From contig CAVSCT010000021.1 of the NCBI GenBank assembly GCA_963726555.1, positions 373,302-437,301 on the forward strand: a DNA stretch of 64,000 bases, written 5' to 3'. Numbering within the stretch: position 1 is the first letter of the stretch; each line of letters opens with the position of its first letter. The DNA comes from an uncultured Alphaproteobacteria bacterium. Its GTDB lineage: Bacteria; Pseudomonadota; Alphaproteobacteria; Rhizobiales; Hyphomicrobiaceae. The position numbers were made by a program, and so were the translations under genes. Under the pieces are notes generated by a model that ran no database searches, was not told where the DNA came from, and worked only from the letters and a program-made list of their open reading frames with translations. This document shows positions 51,245 to 61,576 of this stretch, piece by piece.

Positions 51245-53158
51245 TTATGATTTCCCGATCGTTTGAGGGGGGTATTCAGGCCGGAACTCTGGCCGCGGCC
51301 GCCTCGTCGCTTTGCCAGCGCACGACGAATCGAGCGGCATGGCGATCGACCAGCGCACGCCCTCGGGCGGGAACTCGTAGTCGACGTTGGCACTGAGCGC
51401 CTGGCCGACGACCCGCTCGATGACGACGTGGCCGAAGCCCTTGATCTGCGGCGGCGTCACCGGCGGGCCGCCGCTCTCCGCCCAGGTGAGGCGCAGCGCA
51501 ACTGAGGCTCGTCGTCAGCTTGCTCCGGTCTCGTGCTCCATCGCCCAAGTTACGTGGAGCCTGCCGACGCGTCGATAGCGCGCCGTACTTTGCTGCGTTG
51601 GTGGCCAGCTCGTGCAGGGCCAGGCCGAAGTTCTGCGCCGCGGTCGCATTGACGAACACGGGTTGGCCCGCGGCATGGCAAGCGCCTTCGCCGAGGTGCC
51701 GGTGAACGGCTGCAGCACGGCGCGGATGAGCTCCTCCAGCGAGGCGCCCGTCCAGTCCTCGGCCACGAGCAGGTCGTGCGACGCCGACAGGCTCTGCAGC
51801 CGCTGGATCAGCTGCGACTGCAGCACTGCCACGTCGGTGCTGGTGCGCGCGGTCTGCCGGACCATGGCGACGATGACTGCGAGCAGGTTCTTGGTGCGAT
51901 GCGACAGCTCGCGCATGACGACGCGCAGGTGCTTCTCGACGCGCTTGCGCTCGGTGATGTCGCGGAAAACGGCCGAGAAGCCGATGACGCGCCCGTCGGC
52001 TCGGCGCATCGGCGCCACGTTGATGGCGACGTCGAGCAGGATGCCGTCCTTGCGCCGCCGCACCGTGTCGCGCAGCAGGTGCTCGCCGTGACGGAGCTGG
52101 CGTATTTCTCCTCGAACTCTCGGCGTCGTCGGCGAACAGAAGGCGCTCGGATTTGCCGATCATCTCGTCCGCGGTGTAGCCGAACATGCGCTCGGCGCCG
52201 GGGTTCCACGACTAGACACGGTGCCGTCTTCGGACAGTCGAGATGATGGCATCGGCCGAGGTGGCGACGATGGTCGCGAGCTGCGCGTTGCGCTCGGCCT
52301 CCTCGAGGTGCTCGGTGATGTCCGTTTGCGTGCCGAACCAGCGGACGACCTTGCCGGCCTCGTCGCGGATCGGGCATCGCGCGCGAGAGGAACCAGCGGT
52401 AATCGCGGTCGCGGCCGCGCAGGGGAAACGTGTCCTCCCACACCTCGCCGGTCTTGAGGCTGCGGGAGAGCTTCTCAAAGACGCGGTCAGAGTGATCGGG
52501 ATGGACTGTACGTGCGGCCAGCCGTCGCCGCGCACGTCCGTCGAACGGCGTGCCCGTGTAGTCGAACCAGCGCTTGTTGTACCAGAAGATGGAGCCCGTC
52601 TCGTCCGCCATCCAGGCGAAGCTGCGGCCATGTTGTCGGCGAGCGTCTGGAAGCGCGCCTCGCTTTCGCGCTGCGCGCGCTCCGCATGGACCCACTGCGT
52701 CGTCTCGATTACGATGGCGAGCACGCCGGTGGGCGCCCCGTCTTCGTCGCCCACGGGGCTGTAGTCGAGGTTCAGCCAGACGTCCTCAGGCGTGCCGCGC
52801 CGGTTGAGCTCGAGGTGCTTGTCGCTTATAGGAGAGCGTGCCCCCGCCGAGCCCGACCTCCATCACATGGCGATTGAAGTCGGCGACCTCGGGCCAGCCC
52901 TCGAGCACCGGCGATCCCAAGAGCCTCGGGATGGCGATTGCCGGCGAAGGCGGCGTAGGCGTCGTTGTAGATCATGATGCCGTCCGGCCCCCACAGCAGC
53001 ACCATGGGCACCGGCGAGGCGGTGAGGGTGTCGACTGTGGTCCGCAGGCTTTGCGGCCAGGACGCCATCGGGCCAATGCTGGTCGAGGACCAGTCGAGGG
53101 CCTCGATGAGCGCTTTCATCTTGCTGGGCGGGATGGGCGGGGGCGGTTCGAGTTGCAC
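51245..53158 (-). CDS. Cytoplasmic multi-PAS HWE histidine kinase (many indels)
   Basis: DWSSTSIGPM..WPQSLR, PAS motifs (YNKRWFDYTG, WFLSRA, RWFGT), RELSHRTKNLL, ALHELATNAAKYGAL, KGFG. Confidence 0.85.
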
Positions 53159-53277
53159 GGGGGGCTAGGCTCATACTAGGTGCGCCGTCGAGGGCGCGAT
53201 GCATCATTTGTTGTGTCGCCATGGGCAGCGGCTGGGCTTCGCCCAACTTGAGACATTCGCGCGCTCTTGCCGAGAGT

Positions 53278-53302
53278 GGAACTACGAAGCGCACACGACG
53301 TT
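53278..53302 (+). promoter_or_regulatory. EcfG (ECF15) promoter of the DUF1328 gene
   Basis: GGAAC-N16-CGTT. Confidence 0.75.
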
Positions 53303-53334
53303 CCCCGCTCACATCTGTGGCAACGAGGCGAGCG

Positions 53335-53511
53335 ATGGGCGATCTTCTCTACTGGGCAATCGTATTTCTCGTGGTGGCGCTGGTCGCGGCATTTCTCGGG
53401 TTCGGCGGCGTGGCCGGAGCGGCGACGGAATTCGCGCGGATCCTGTTCTGGGTTGCCATCATTCTCGTGTTGCTATCTTTCGTTGGCGGTATGCTGAGAC
53501 GCGGGAATTAG
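53335..53511 (+). CDS. DUF1328 (UPF0391) small membrane protein
   Basis: LYWAIVFLVVALVAAFLGFGGVAGAA...ARILF. Confidence 0.9.
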   Translation: MGDLLYWAIVFLVVALVAAFLGFGGVAGAATEFARILFWVAIILVLLSFVGGMLRRGN

Positions 53512-53583
53512 GAATAGTCGCTGTTCATTCAAATACATAGCTAAATAAGCCTCCGAACCTAACAGGCATTTTTCCGCCCGTGG

Positions 53584-53608
53584 GGAACTTTGCCTTGAGC
53601 CCCGCGTT
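53584..53608 (+). promoter_or_regulatory. EcfG promoter of phyR
   Basis: GGAAC-N16-CGTT. Confidence 0.8.
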
Positions 53609-53660
53609 AGCTCACTGTTGTTAGCTGGCGTTACGTGCCGGCGGTAGAAGAGGGGAGACC

Positions 53661-54473
53661 ATGTCAATCTCAGAGCTGATCGCGCCCCAGCTGCCGTATC
53701 TCAGGCGGTTTGCGCGCGTGCTGTCGGGCAGCCAGGACAGCGGTGACGCTTACGTCGTGGCGATGCTCGAGGCAATCGCAGCCGAGCCCAAGATGTTTCC
53801 CGTCGAACTCGAGCCGCGGGTGGCCACCTACCGCACCTTCCTCAAGGTCTGGAACACGGTGCGTCTGAACAATCAGGCAATTGACACCACGACGTCCGAG
53901 CGCCTGGCTGCAGCCGACCGCAAGCTCGAGGCGATCACGCCGCGGGCGCGCCAGGCCTTCCTGCTCATGGCGGTTGAGGAGTTCTCCACCGCAGATACCG
54001 CGCTCGTGCTCGAGACGGATGAGGCCGGCGTCAAGGCGCTCGTCGACCAGGCGGCATCCGAGATCGCCGAACAGGTGGCGACCAACGTCCTCATCATCGA
54101 GGACGAGCCGATGATCGCCATCGATCTCGCCGACCTCGTCACCGGCCTCGGCCACGACGTGTGCGAGACGGCCCGCACGCCAAGGAGGCGGTGGCCATCT
54201 TCCGCAAGCACCAGCCTGGCCTCGTGCTCGCCGATATCCAGCTCGCCGACGGCAGCTCGGGCCTCGATGCGGTCAACGAGATCCTCGCAGTCGTTCGACG
54301 TGCCGGTGATCTTCATCACCGCCTACCCGGAGCGGCTGCTGACCGGCAGCCGGCCGGAGCCGACGTTTCTCGTCAACAAGCCCTTCCGGATCGAGACGGT
54401 GCAGGCCGTCATCAGCCAGGCGCTGTTCTTCGACTACAAGGCGCGCCGCACCGAAGCCCGCGCTACGGCATAA
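53661..54473 (+). CDS. phyR: Anti-anti-sigma response regulator PhyR (two compensating indels)
   Basis: LPYLRRFAR.L.GSQ.SGDAYV sigma-like domain; IIEDEPMIA, LADIQLADGSSG, FITAYPERLLTG.RPEP.FL..KPF. Confidence 0.93.
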   Translation: MSISELIAPQLPYLRRFARVLSGSQDSGDAYVVAMLEAIAAEPKMFPVELEPRVATYRTFLKVWNTVRLNNQAIDTTTSERLAAADRKLEAITPRARQAFLLMAVEEFSTADTALVLETDEAGVKALVDQAASEIAEQVATNVLIIEDEPMIAIDLADLVTGLGHDVCETARTPRRRWPSSASTSLASCSPISSSPTAARASMRSTRSSQSFDVPVIFITAYPERLLTGSRPEPTFLVNKPFRIETVQAVISQALFFDYKARRTEARATA

Positions 54474-54491
54474 ATTGCCCCGCGGCAGGCA

Positions 54492-54536
54492 AAAACCGGC
54501 CGGCGTGCTCCCTTGAAGGGTTCGCCGGCCGGTTTT
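54492..54536. terminator. Bidirectional hairpin between convergent phyR and ecfG
   Basis: AAAACCGGCCGGCG ... CGCCGGCCGGTTTT. Confidence 0.75.
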
Positions 54537-54573
54537 GTTCTGCAAGGCCGCCCCCGAAGTTTGGGGGATCCTT

Positions 54574-55147
54574 CTAGGACGACGAGGCGACGCGCGGTCG
54601 CGCGGAGCTCTGTTTGGGAGAGCCGCTGGGGGCGTCGCTGGCCCCATCCTCGGGAGCCGTTAGCAGCTCGCTGACCTTGGCCCTCGCGCGGTTGACGCGG
54701 CTCTTCACCGTGCCCACGGCGCACCCGGAAATGGTGGCGGCGTCCTCGTAGGAAAACCCTTCCGCGCCCACCAGGATGAGCGCCTCGCGCTGGTCGGGAG
54801 GCAACTTCAACAACGCGTTGTTGAGGTCCATGAGCTCCAGATGCCCCTGCTGCTCGGCGGGCACGGACAGCCGGGCCGCGAGCTGGCCGTCGCTGTCGGC
54901 AACCTCGCGCTTCAACTTGCGCAGCTCGGAGAAGTAGGCGTTGCGCAGGATGGTGAACAGCCAAGCCTTGAGGTTGGTCCCCTGCTCGAAGGAGTTCGAG
55001 GTGGTTCCAGGCCTTGACCAGGGCTTCCTGCACCAGGTCATCGGCGCGGTCGCGGTTCCCGCACAGCGAGATCGCGAACGCGCGCATGTTCGGGATGGCT
55101 GCAACGAGGTCGTCGCGCAGCGAACTGTCCTGCGCCTTGCTGCTCAC
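54574..55147 (-). CDS. ecfG: ECF15 general stress sigma factor (frameshift near 55000)
   Basis: IPNMRAFAISLCG...ADDLVQE, FEQGTNLKAWLFTILRN, QREALILVGA.G.SYE, GTVKSRVNRAR. Confidence 0.92.
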
Positions 55148-55395
55148 TGGCCCTGCTCCTCGCGACGAGGCTTTTCCTCGGTCTTCGAGGCCCCGGCTTC
55201 CTGATTCTCGAGCCGCTTGATGAGATCGGTGATGGCGTCGGGCACAGGCGCGTTTAGAAGCTCGCCGTAGGCTGCGCGCAACTGCCGCCCAAGTATTCCT
55301 GGAAGGGCCTCTTGGCCGCGCTGGCGGGGACGATCTTTGGAAGGTGCGGTGTCGTCGCACTGCTTGGTATCAGGCACTTTCTCGTCCTCGGCCAT
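55144..55395 (-). CDS. nepR: Anti-sigma factor NepR
   Basis: LGRQLRAAYGELLNAPVPDAITDLIKRLE; 4-bp overlap with the ecfG start. Confidence 0.88.
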   Translation of the reverse strand: MAEDEKVPDTKQCDDTAPSKDRPRQRGQEALPGILGRQLRAAYGELLNAPVPDAITDLIKRLENQEAGASKTEEKPRREEQGQ

Positions 55396-55510
55396 CAAAG
55401 CCAGCCCTCCCGCTCCCCGGTCTCGTAATCAACATCAATGGGGCAGAGGTACCAAAGCACCGACGCTCCGGTCTTCCGCCCACAACGATTGCGACGTCGT
55501 AGCTATCCGC

Positions 55511-55536
55511 AACGCCGCCGGGATAGGGAAAGTTCC
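55511..55536 (-). promoter_or_regulatory. EcfG promoter of nepR-ecfG
   Basis: GGAAC-N17-CGTT on the minus strand. Confidence 0.8.
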
Positions 55537-55679
55537 CGGCAGATGCAACTTTTTTAGGCCCCGGTCGCCCGAGCCTAAACAATGGCAATGGGGCCCGCGG
55601 TGTGAGGCCGAAGCCTTTGTTCGGGGCCCCATTGCGTCAGGCCGGCCTGAGGGGAGCAAAGCCGGGCTGAAGTGGCCGG

Positions 55680-55877
55680 CTACCAGCCGCGCGTCGCGTC
55701 GTCGACCTGCTTGCGCACTTGGTCCTTGGCGATGCCGTAGCGCTCCTGGATCTTGCCTTCGAGCTGCTCGCGGTTGCCAGCGATCTGCTCGATCTCGTCG
55801 TCCGTGAGCTTGCCCCACTGCTCCTTGATCTTGCCCTTCATCTGCTTCCAGTTACCGCTAACGCGATCCCAGTTCAT
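55680..55877 (-). CDS. CsbD family stress protein
   Basis: MNWDRVSGNWKQMKGKIKEQWGKLTDD...G.REQLEGKIQERYG. Confidence 0.92.
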   Translation of the reverse strand: MNWDRVSGNWKQMKGKIKEQWGKLTDDEIEQIAGNREQLEGKIQERYGIAKDQVRKQVDDATRGW

Positions 55878-55909
55878 GGTGTGCGTCCTCCTTGTTGCAG
55901 TGGCCGGAA

Positions 55910-55934
55910 AACGGGGGCCTCCGGAAATAGTTCC
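55910..55934 (-). promoter_or_regulatory. EcfG promoter of csbD
   Basis: GGAAC-N16-CGTT on the minus strand. Confidence 0.8.
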
Positions 55935-55981
55935 GCCCGTTCGAAAGCCTACTCCCGTCGCTTTCCGCTTTAGGTCGCCGC

Positions 55982-56006
55982 GGAACCGGACGGTTATTTC
56001 CGCGTT
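55982..56006 (+). promoter_or_regulatory. EcfG promoter of the membrane HWE kinase
   Basis: GGAAC-N16-CGTT. Confidence 0.78.
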
Positions 56007-56081
56007 AAGGCCTGTCGGTCCGAGGCGGCCCCAGGGGAGGGGATCGCACAGCAAACACCGGAAAAAAGAAGCCCATCTTCG

Positions 56082-58151
56082 ATGCTGGAGCGCATTCGTC
56101 GCCATAGTTGGTCCATTCAGGCGCAATTCCTGCTCTATAGCTTGGCCCTCATGGTTCCGGCGCTGGTGTTCAGCGGGCTCATGATCATCCGCTCCGCGTC
56201 GCTCGAGAGGGGCGGCCTCGACCGCGAGATAGCCGAAAGGCTGCACGCGGTTGCAGCTGGCATCGACCGCGATCTTGCCACCACAACCACTACGCTCAAG
56301 GCGCTGTCCTCCTCGCCCTCGCTCGCCGACGGCGACTTGAAAGCGTTCTACACGCAGGCGATGGCGGCCCAAGAGGTGGGGGGCGACCACTTCTTTCTCA
56401 CCAGCGCGACCGGCAAACAGCTCCTCAACACGCGCGTGGCTTGGGGCGAGCCGCTGCCCGAAGTGTCCAGCAACGATTGGCGCGCGGTCGTCGCCAGCCG
56501 CAAGCCACGCGTCTCGGACCTCTATCTTGGTCAGGTGGCGAAAGAGCAGGTGTTCACCGTCAGCGTCCCGGTGAAGAAGGGGAGCAAGGTGGGCTACGTT
56601 CTCAGCGCATCCATCTCGCCCGAGCGCATTCTGGAGATCCTGGACCGAGCAAACCTCGACAAGGGCTGGGTCGCCGCGGTTGCCGATCGCAACGGCATCA
56701 TCGTCGCGCGCTCGCGCGACAATCAGAATTTCGTCGGGCGCGCCCTCGGCAGGGAGTTATGGGAAGGCTCCAAGGAGCACACGGGGCTTTGGCATACGAC
56801 CGATTCCGAGAACGTACCCGTGCTGCGGGCGAGCTCGTACTCGCAGCAGGCAGGGTGGCTCATCTCGACCACCGTGCCCGAAGCAATCGCCAACCGCGCG
56901 ATCACGCGGTCCTGGGCTTTCGTCGCGACGCTCGCCGTGAGCTTCACGCTCCTGTCCGTTCTGCTTGCCTACCTGTTCGGACGCCGGATCGCCGATCCGG
57001 TGCGCCAACTGGTGGGCGGAGCCGGCGCGCTCGGGCGTGGCGACCTCGTGCGCCCCGTCAATTCCTCGATCATGGAGGTGTGCGCCGTCAGCGACGCTCT
57101 CGTTGACGCCGCGAACACACGCCAGTCGATGGAGCGCTCGCTGCGCGAAAGCGAGGACCGCCTGCGCCTCGCGCTTGCCTCCGCCGACACGGGCACGTGG
57201 GACTGGGATCTCAACACCGGTGCGTTCACCTGGGATGAGCGCATGCGCGAGCTGTGGGGGCTTGGCGCGGACGAGCCCGTCACGCTCGAGACATACCTGT
57301 CAGGCGTCAATCCGCAGGACCGCGAGGCGACCCTTGCCGCGATCCGTAAGGCGCAGGATGCGGGCGAGAGCCCGGTCGAGTACGACGTGGAGCACCGGGT
57401 CGTCGCACGGCGCGACGGCGACGAGCGCTGGGTCGCCTCGCAGGGTCGCGCGCACTTTGCCGGCGGGGCCGCCGTGCGCATGACCGGCACGGCGCGAGAC
57501 ATCACCGAGCGCAAGCGCGGGGAGGAGCACGTCCACCTCCTGATGCGCGAGATCACGCACCGCTCCAAGAACCTGTTGGCGGTGATCCAGGCCATGGCGC
57601 GCCAGAGCAAGGTCGGCAGCAAGACCGTCGCCGATTTCGAGGCCCGCTTCTCCGGCCGCCTGCAGGCGCTGGCGGCGGCGCACGACCTGCTCGTGCAGCA
57701 GAATTGGCACGGGGTGAGCCTCGCTGACCTCGTGAAGTCGCAGCTCGGGCACTACCTCGACCAGCACGCCAGCCAGATCGCGATCGCCGGCGACCATATG
57801 ATCGTGACGCCCGAGGCGGCGCAGAACATCGGCCTCGCCGTGCACGAGCTGTCGACGAACGCCGCCAAGTACGGGGCGCTCTCGGTCGCCGCGGGGAAGG
57901 TGAGGGTCGTGTGGAGCTGCGAGGAAAGCGACGCGGACGATGTCCTTTTCCATATGCACTGGATCGAGGCCGGTGGCCCGGAGGTTGTTCCGCCGGCGCA
58001 CAAGGGGTTCGGCCAGGTGGTGCTCGAGCAGCTCGCGGCGCGGGCGTTGCGGGGGCAGGCGCGGCTACAGTTCGAGCGCGGTGGCGTCTGCTGGGCCCTC
58101 GCCATCCCCCGCCAAAATATCGTTTCCGAACAATCCGAGAGGCCGAATTAG
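56082..58151 (+). CDS. Membrane HWE histidine kinase (periplasmic dCache-like sensor, HAMP, PAS)
   Basis: Two TM segments, GTWDWDL PAS, REITHRSKNLL, AVHELSTNAAKYGAL, W.E.GGP.V.PP.HKGFG. Confidence 0.9.
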   Translation: MLERIRRHSWSIQAQFLLYSLALMVPALVFSGLMIIRSASLERGGLDREIAERLHAVAAGIDRDLATTTTTLKALSSSPSLADGDLKAFYTQAMAAQEVGGDHFFLTSATGKQLLNTRVAWGEPLPEVSSNDWRAVVASRKPRVSDLYLGQVAKEQVFTVSVPVKKGSKVGYVLSASISPERILEILDRANLDKGWVAAVADRNGIIVARSRDNQNFVGRALGRELWEGSKEHTGLWHTTDSENVPVLRASSYSQQAGWLISTTVPEAIANRAITRSWAFVATLAVSFTLLSVLLAYLFGRRIADPVRQLVGGAGALGRGDLVRPVNSSIMEVCAVSDALVDAANTRQSMERSLRESEDRLRLALASADTGTWDWDLNTGAFTWDERMRELWGLGADEPVTLETYLSGVNPQDREATLAAIRKAQDAGESPVEYDVEHRVVARRDGDERWVASQGRAHFAGGAAVRMTGTARDITERKRGEEHVHLLMREITHRSKNLLAVIQAMARQSKVGSKTVADFEARFSGRLQALAAAHDLLVQQNWHGVSLADLVKSQLGHYLDQHASQIAIAGDHMIVTPEAAQNIGLAVHELSTNAAKYGALSVAAGKVRVVWSCEESDADDVLFHMHWIEAGGPEVVPPAHKGFGQVVLEQLAARALRGQARLQFERGGVCWALAIPRQNIVSEQSERPN

Positions 58152-58200
58152 CTTTGTTTGGCGTCTCTGCCACGCTGGGCGGCTGCCATAAACGCGGCAC

Positions 58201-58226
58201 GGAACCCTTGCATGCTTTCTGGGGTT
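58201..58226 (+). promoter_or_regulatory. EcfG-type promoter of the second NepR-like ORF
   Basis: GGAAC-N17-GGTT (one mismatch at -10). Confidence 0.55.
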
Positions 58227-58263
58227 CACCTCCCAAATCGAGATAAATTCGGGAAATTTGGAA

Positions 58264-58482
58264 GTGGCTGAACACAACAGGGAGATCATCGACCGGATCG
58301 GTCGACGGCTGCGGGAAGCAGCCGATGCCGGACAGGCGGGCCCCCTGCCTCAATCGATCCAGGTCGGCCTGCAGCGGTTACATGACATCGAGACTGGATC
58401 CGAGGCCGATCGGAGTGGGCCTCGACCCAGCTGGCGCCTCGAGCAGGAGCGTTCCATAGATGCGTTCCCTCCGACGGAGTAG
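58264..58482 (+). CDS. Second NepR-like small protein
   Basis: IGRRLREAADAGQAGPLPQSIQVGLQRLH aligns without gaps to the NepR core at 55144-55395. Confidence 0.55.
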   Translation: MAEHNREIIDRIGRRLREAADAGQAGPLPQSIQVGLQRLHDIETGSEADRSGPRPSWRLEQERSIDAFPPTE

Positions 58483-58584
58483 CGCTCACCGCGGCATTGT
58501 CGTCCGGCCTTGCATCACTTGACCCGCTCATGACGGCGGGATTTACAAGATGTGCCGCCAGCAACGAGGAAAACCAACAAATCC

Positions 58585-59346
58585 ATGGCCAGTCCCAAGG
58601 ACGGCTCGACGCGGCAGGTGCCCTGCGAACGGTGCCCACTTCGCAAGCTCAAGATATTCCGCCCCTTCACGGCCGAGGAGCTGTCGTTCGTCTCGACGCT
58701 CAAGACCGGCGAGCTGACGGTCGAGGCCGGCTCAATGCTGTTCCTCGAGGGTACGAGCAGCGCGCATCTCTACACTGTGCTCTCGGGCTGGGCCTTCCGC
58801 TACAAGCTGCTGCCCGACGGGCGCCGCCAGATCCTCAACTACTGCTTCCCCGGCGACTTCATAGGCCTGCAGGGCTCGGTCATGAACGAGATGCAGCACT
58901 CGATCGAGGCGCTGTCCGACATGGTGCTAAGCGTATTCCAGCGCGAGGGCCTGTGGCGGCTGTTTGAATCGCACGCGGGTCTCTCCTTTGACGTAACCTG
59001 GCTCGCGGCGCGCTCCGAACAGATCCTCGACCAGCAGCTCTTGTCCGTCGGGCGCCGCAGCGCGCTCGAGCGCTGCGCCCACCTGCTTCTGCACCTCGCG
59101 TAGCGCGTGGAGGAGGGCGCCCTGCCTACGCGCGCGCCCAACAAAGTGCGCATCCCGCTGACGCAGCAGCATCTTGCCGACACGCTCGGGCTCTCGCTCG
59201 TCCACACCAATCGCACGCTCGGCCGGCTGATGCGTGAGCGCGTGATACGGTGGAAGGAGCAGGAGTTCGAGATATTGAACCGGAAGCGGCTCGCCGAGCT
59301 TGCGGGTGACGAAGGAGCGGAGCCTTCGGTGCGACCGCTCCTTTAA
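58585..59346 (+). CDS. Crp/Fnr-family regulator with an in-frame TAG at 59101
   Basis: CERCPLR, GWAFRYK.LPDGRRQI, PGDFIG, VGRRSALER; after TAG the same frame gives PLTQQHLADTLGLSLVHTNRTL (HTH). Confidence 0.82.
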
Positions 59347-59717
59347 GGGCGTTTGCCCGCTGCCGTTAGGCAAAGTGCAAGCGTCTGCGCGAGGCTGTCG
59401 AGGGTGTAAGGCTTCTGCACGATGCCAATGTGCGAGTAGCGGCTCGGGATCATCACGGTATCGGCGTAGCCAGTGGTAAAGGCAAAGGGGATGCCGCGCA
59501 GGCTGAGTTCGTCGGCTACGGCGAACGAGGACGTGCCGCCGATGTTGACGTCGAGAACAGCGACGGCGGGCGCGCTGGTCTGCAGCCACACCAGCGTCTG
59601 GTCCACGCTCGGAAAGCTCGCGACCGAGGCGGCGCCGATTTCGGACAACATCGCTTCGGTATCGAGGGCGATCAGCGGCTGATCCTCGACCACGAGCGCC
59701 AGCATGCCGGCGAGCAC
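59343..59717 (-). CDS. Single-domain response regulator receiver
   Basis: LVVEDQPLIA, AVLDVN, PF.FTTGY (FATGY-type), QKPY; start uncertain. Confidence 0.85.
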   Translation of the reverse strand: MLAGMLALVVEDQPLIALDTEAMLSEIGAASVASFPSVDQTLVWLQTSAPAVAVLDVNIGGTSSFAVADELSLRGIPFAFTTGYADTVMIPSRYSHIGIVQKPYTLDSLAQTLALCLTAAGKRP

Positions 59718-60016
59718 CTTGGTCGCGAAACGCGGGATTGGCGGATTTTCGATGTGGGATATCCATCTCTGGCTGGACAGGCTACGCGCAGCAAGCTCAA
59801 GCCGACCGAAGGGCAGCTCGCTCCATAGGGGCGCCGGCCATGACGCGCGATGTCATTTGATGCACGAGGACAATGCATCTTCGACGCGGGGTCGTATTCG
59901 TGGCAAATCGGGCCGTCGCTATGGCTCCAGGAGCGCGCACATTGTCGTGATCGCGCCCAAAAATGGGAAAGCCAGGGTTTAGGCCCCGGCTTTCCCAACA
60001 AGTCAGCTTCGTTCGT

Positions 60017-60135
60017 TTATGCCGCCTCTTTGTTCAGCTTGCTCTCCGCGATCTTGGTGAGTTTGGAATTGGCGTTGTGCTCCTCCTTAGAGCTGGCGGC
60101 GAGCAGCTTCACCGCGTCGTTGAAGTCTCGATCTT
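60017..60135 (-). pseudogene. C-terminal remnant of a ferritin-like DUF892 (YciE/YciF) gene
   Basis: DAVKLL.....EE..AN.KLTKIAES.LN.EAA* with no recognisable upstream part. Confidence 0.5.
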
Positions 60136-60340
60136 CAGGGGTGCTCCTCCGGCTCCAACTCCACACACAAAGCGTCCAGGCTTGGGGGCGGGTTCCAGCG
60201 CTAATACTCGGGAGAGACCCCCCTTTTTCCGGACCCATCGAACATGTTTCAGCCGAGTTCTTCGGCAACGCTCGCGCAAATCGCGCCTCTATGCGCGATT
60301 GGGTGCAGAGGCGTTGGAGCCGACGCAGGGGGATACGACC

Positions 60341-60538
60341 ATGGGTGCGATTCTCATTCGCTGCCCGAACACGAACGAGCTGGTGCCGGTCGGCATTGAT
60401 ACCGACAGAGACAGCTTCGAGGCGCTGCCTAACATCGCGGCAAAGGCGATCCGGTGCCCCTCGTGCGGGAAAGACCATCCGTGGTCGCGCGAGGACGCAA
60501 TCCTCGACACCACGTGCCGGCCGATGCGGAAGAAATAA
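60341..60538 (+). CDS. Small putative zinc-ribbon protein
   Basis: IRCPNT...V.VGI.TD..SF....CPSCGKDHPW; AGGGGG RBS. Confidence 0.6.
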   Translation: MGAILIRCPNTNELVPVGIDTDRDSFEALPNIAAKAIRCPSCGKDHPWSREDAILDTTCRPMRKK

Positions 60539-60543
60539 CGCGT

Positions 60544-61217
60544 TTAGGCTGCGGCGAGCTTGTCGAGCGCGGGTCGGTCGGCGATGCGCAGCCGTCCGTC
60601 GCCGGCGCTCGCAACCATCCCGCGGCGCTCAAGCTCGCGCAGTGCGGCCACGAGACCGTCGAGCGTCATGTCGAGATGCTCGGCGACGTCGCCGGAGCTG
60701 ATCTCGTCGGCAACGAGGCTCGGATCGCGGCCCTCGACCTCGCTCAGGTGCGAAAGCGCCGATAGGAACGAGGCAACACGCTCGATCGGCTTGACGGGGC
60801 TGTTCTTCACGGCAACTTCGCGCAGGTACTCAAACTCGCGGTCGCCTGCGGCGGCAAAGCGCGCGGCAAGCTGGCCGTCGGCCTCGAGCAGATCGTCGAA
60901 CTGCTCCTCCGGCACGAGGCTAACGGTCGTCTCGACCATCGCCTGCGCGGTTGAGACGTGCGACTGCAGGTGGCCGAAGCCAACGATGTCGCCGGGAAAC
61001 GCGAACTCCACGATCTCGCGGCGGCCGTCGTCCCAGCGGAGGTAGTGGCACAGCGCGCCGCTCTCCACGCGGTAGAGCGTGCCGCGCTGGTCGCCGGTCT
61101 GAAAAAGAATCTCGCTTCGCGCAAGCGTGCGCGCGGGGACAAGGCCGCTCATCGTGCGGACCTTTGCGATGGCCCCCGGACGGGCGCCGCAGGTATCGAT
61201 TTGGGTATCTGCCAGCA
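60544..61217 (-). CDS. Crp/Fnr (FixK-like) regulator lacking FNR cysteines
   Basis: LYRVESG, DGRREI..F.FPGDIVG, ERVASFL, DVAEHL.MT HTH. Confidence 0.82.
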
Positions 61218-61467
61218 TGGACGCAAACTCACTCTCTAGTAGCGGAGGTGGGGATCGGGCTTGCCACAATCAAGTCAAAATTCGCCATGTGTACCAATGG
61301 TCAAGATGCGTTTTCTAATCTACCAACGCGGCCCTTACGGAGCTGTTCCCGCGGGAGCAGACAAATTGCCGGGGCGCAACGCCGCACGCCCTAATTGCCA
61401 GCGAATGGCGGCCGCGAAGGTTCCCGGAATTCGCTCCCTTTGTTCAATTTCCGCGCGCAGCCACGCT

Positions 61468-61492
61468 GGAACCGCATCGTTACTTCCTCGTT
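61468..61492 (+). promoter_or_regulatory. EcfG promoter of the PRC-barrel gene
   Basis: GGAAC-N16-CGTT. Confidence 0.75.
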
Positions 61493-61576
61493 TGCCATGC
61501 CAGTTGCCCTTGCGGGCAGCCAGGCCGGTCGGAGGCGACCGGCTAGGGAGAGTTTCGCTAAACAACAAAGGATGTA

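Noticed and set aside
51245-55147. Inactivation of the HWE kinase, phyR and ecfG
   Set aside because: Same 1-bp indel pattern; motifs and promoters are intact
61261-61273. TTGCCACAATCAA resembling an FNR/FixK box upstream of the FixK-like gene
   Set aside because: One base short of TTGAT-N4-ATCAA and the left half-site is degenerate
61400-61424. Minus-strand GGAAC-N16-CGCT before the FixK-like gene
   Set aside because: Mismatch in the conserved GTT and far from the start; not called
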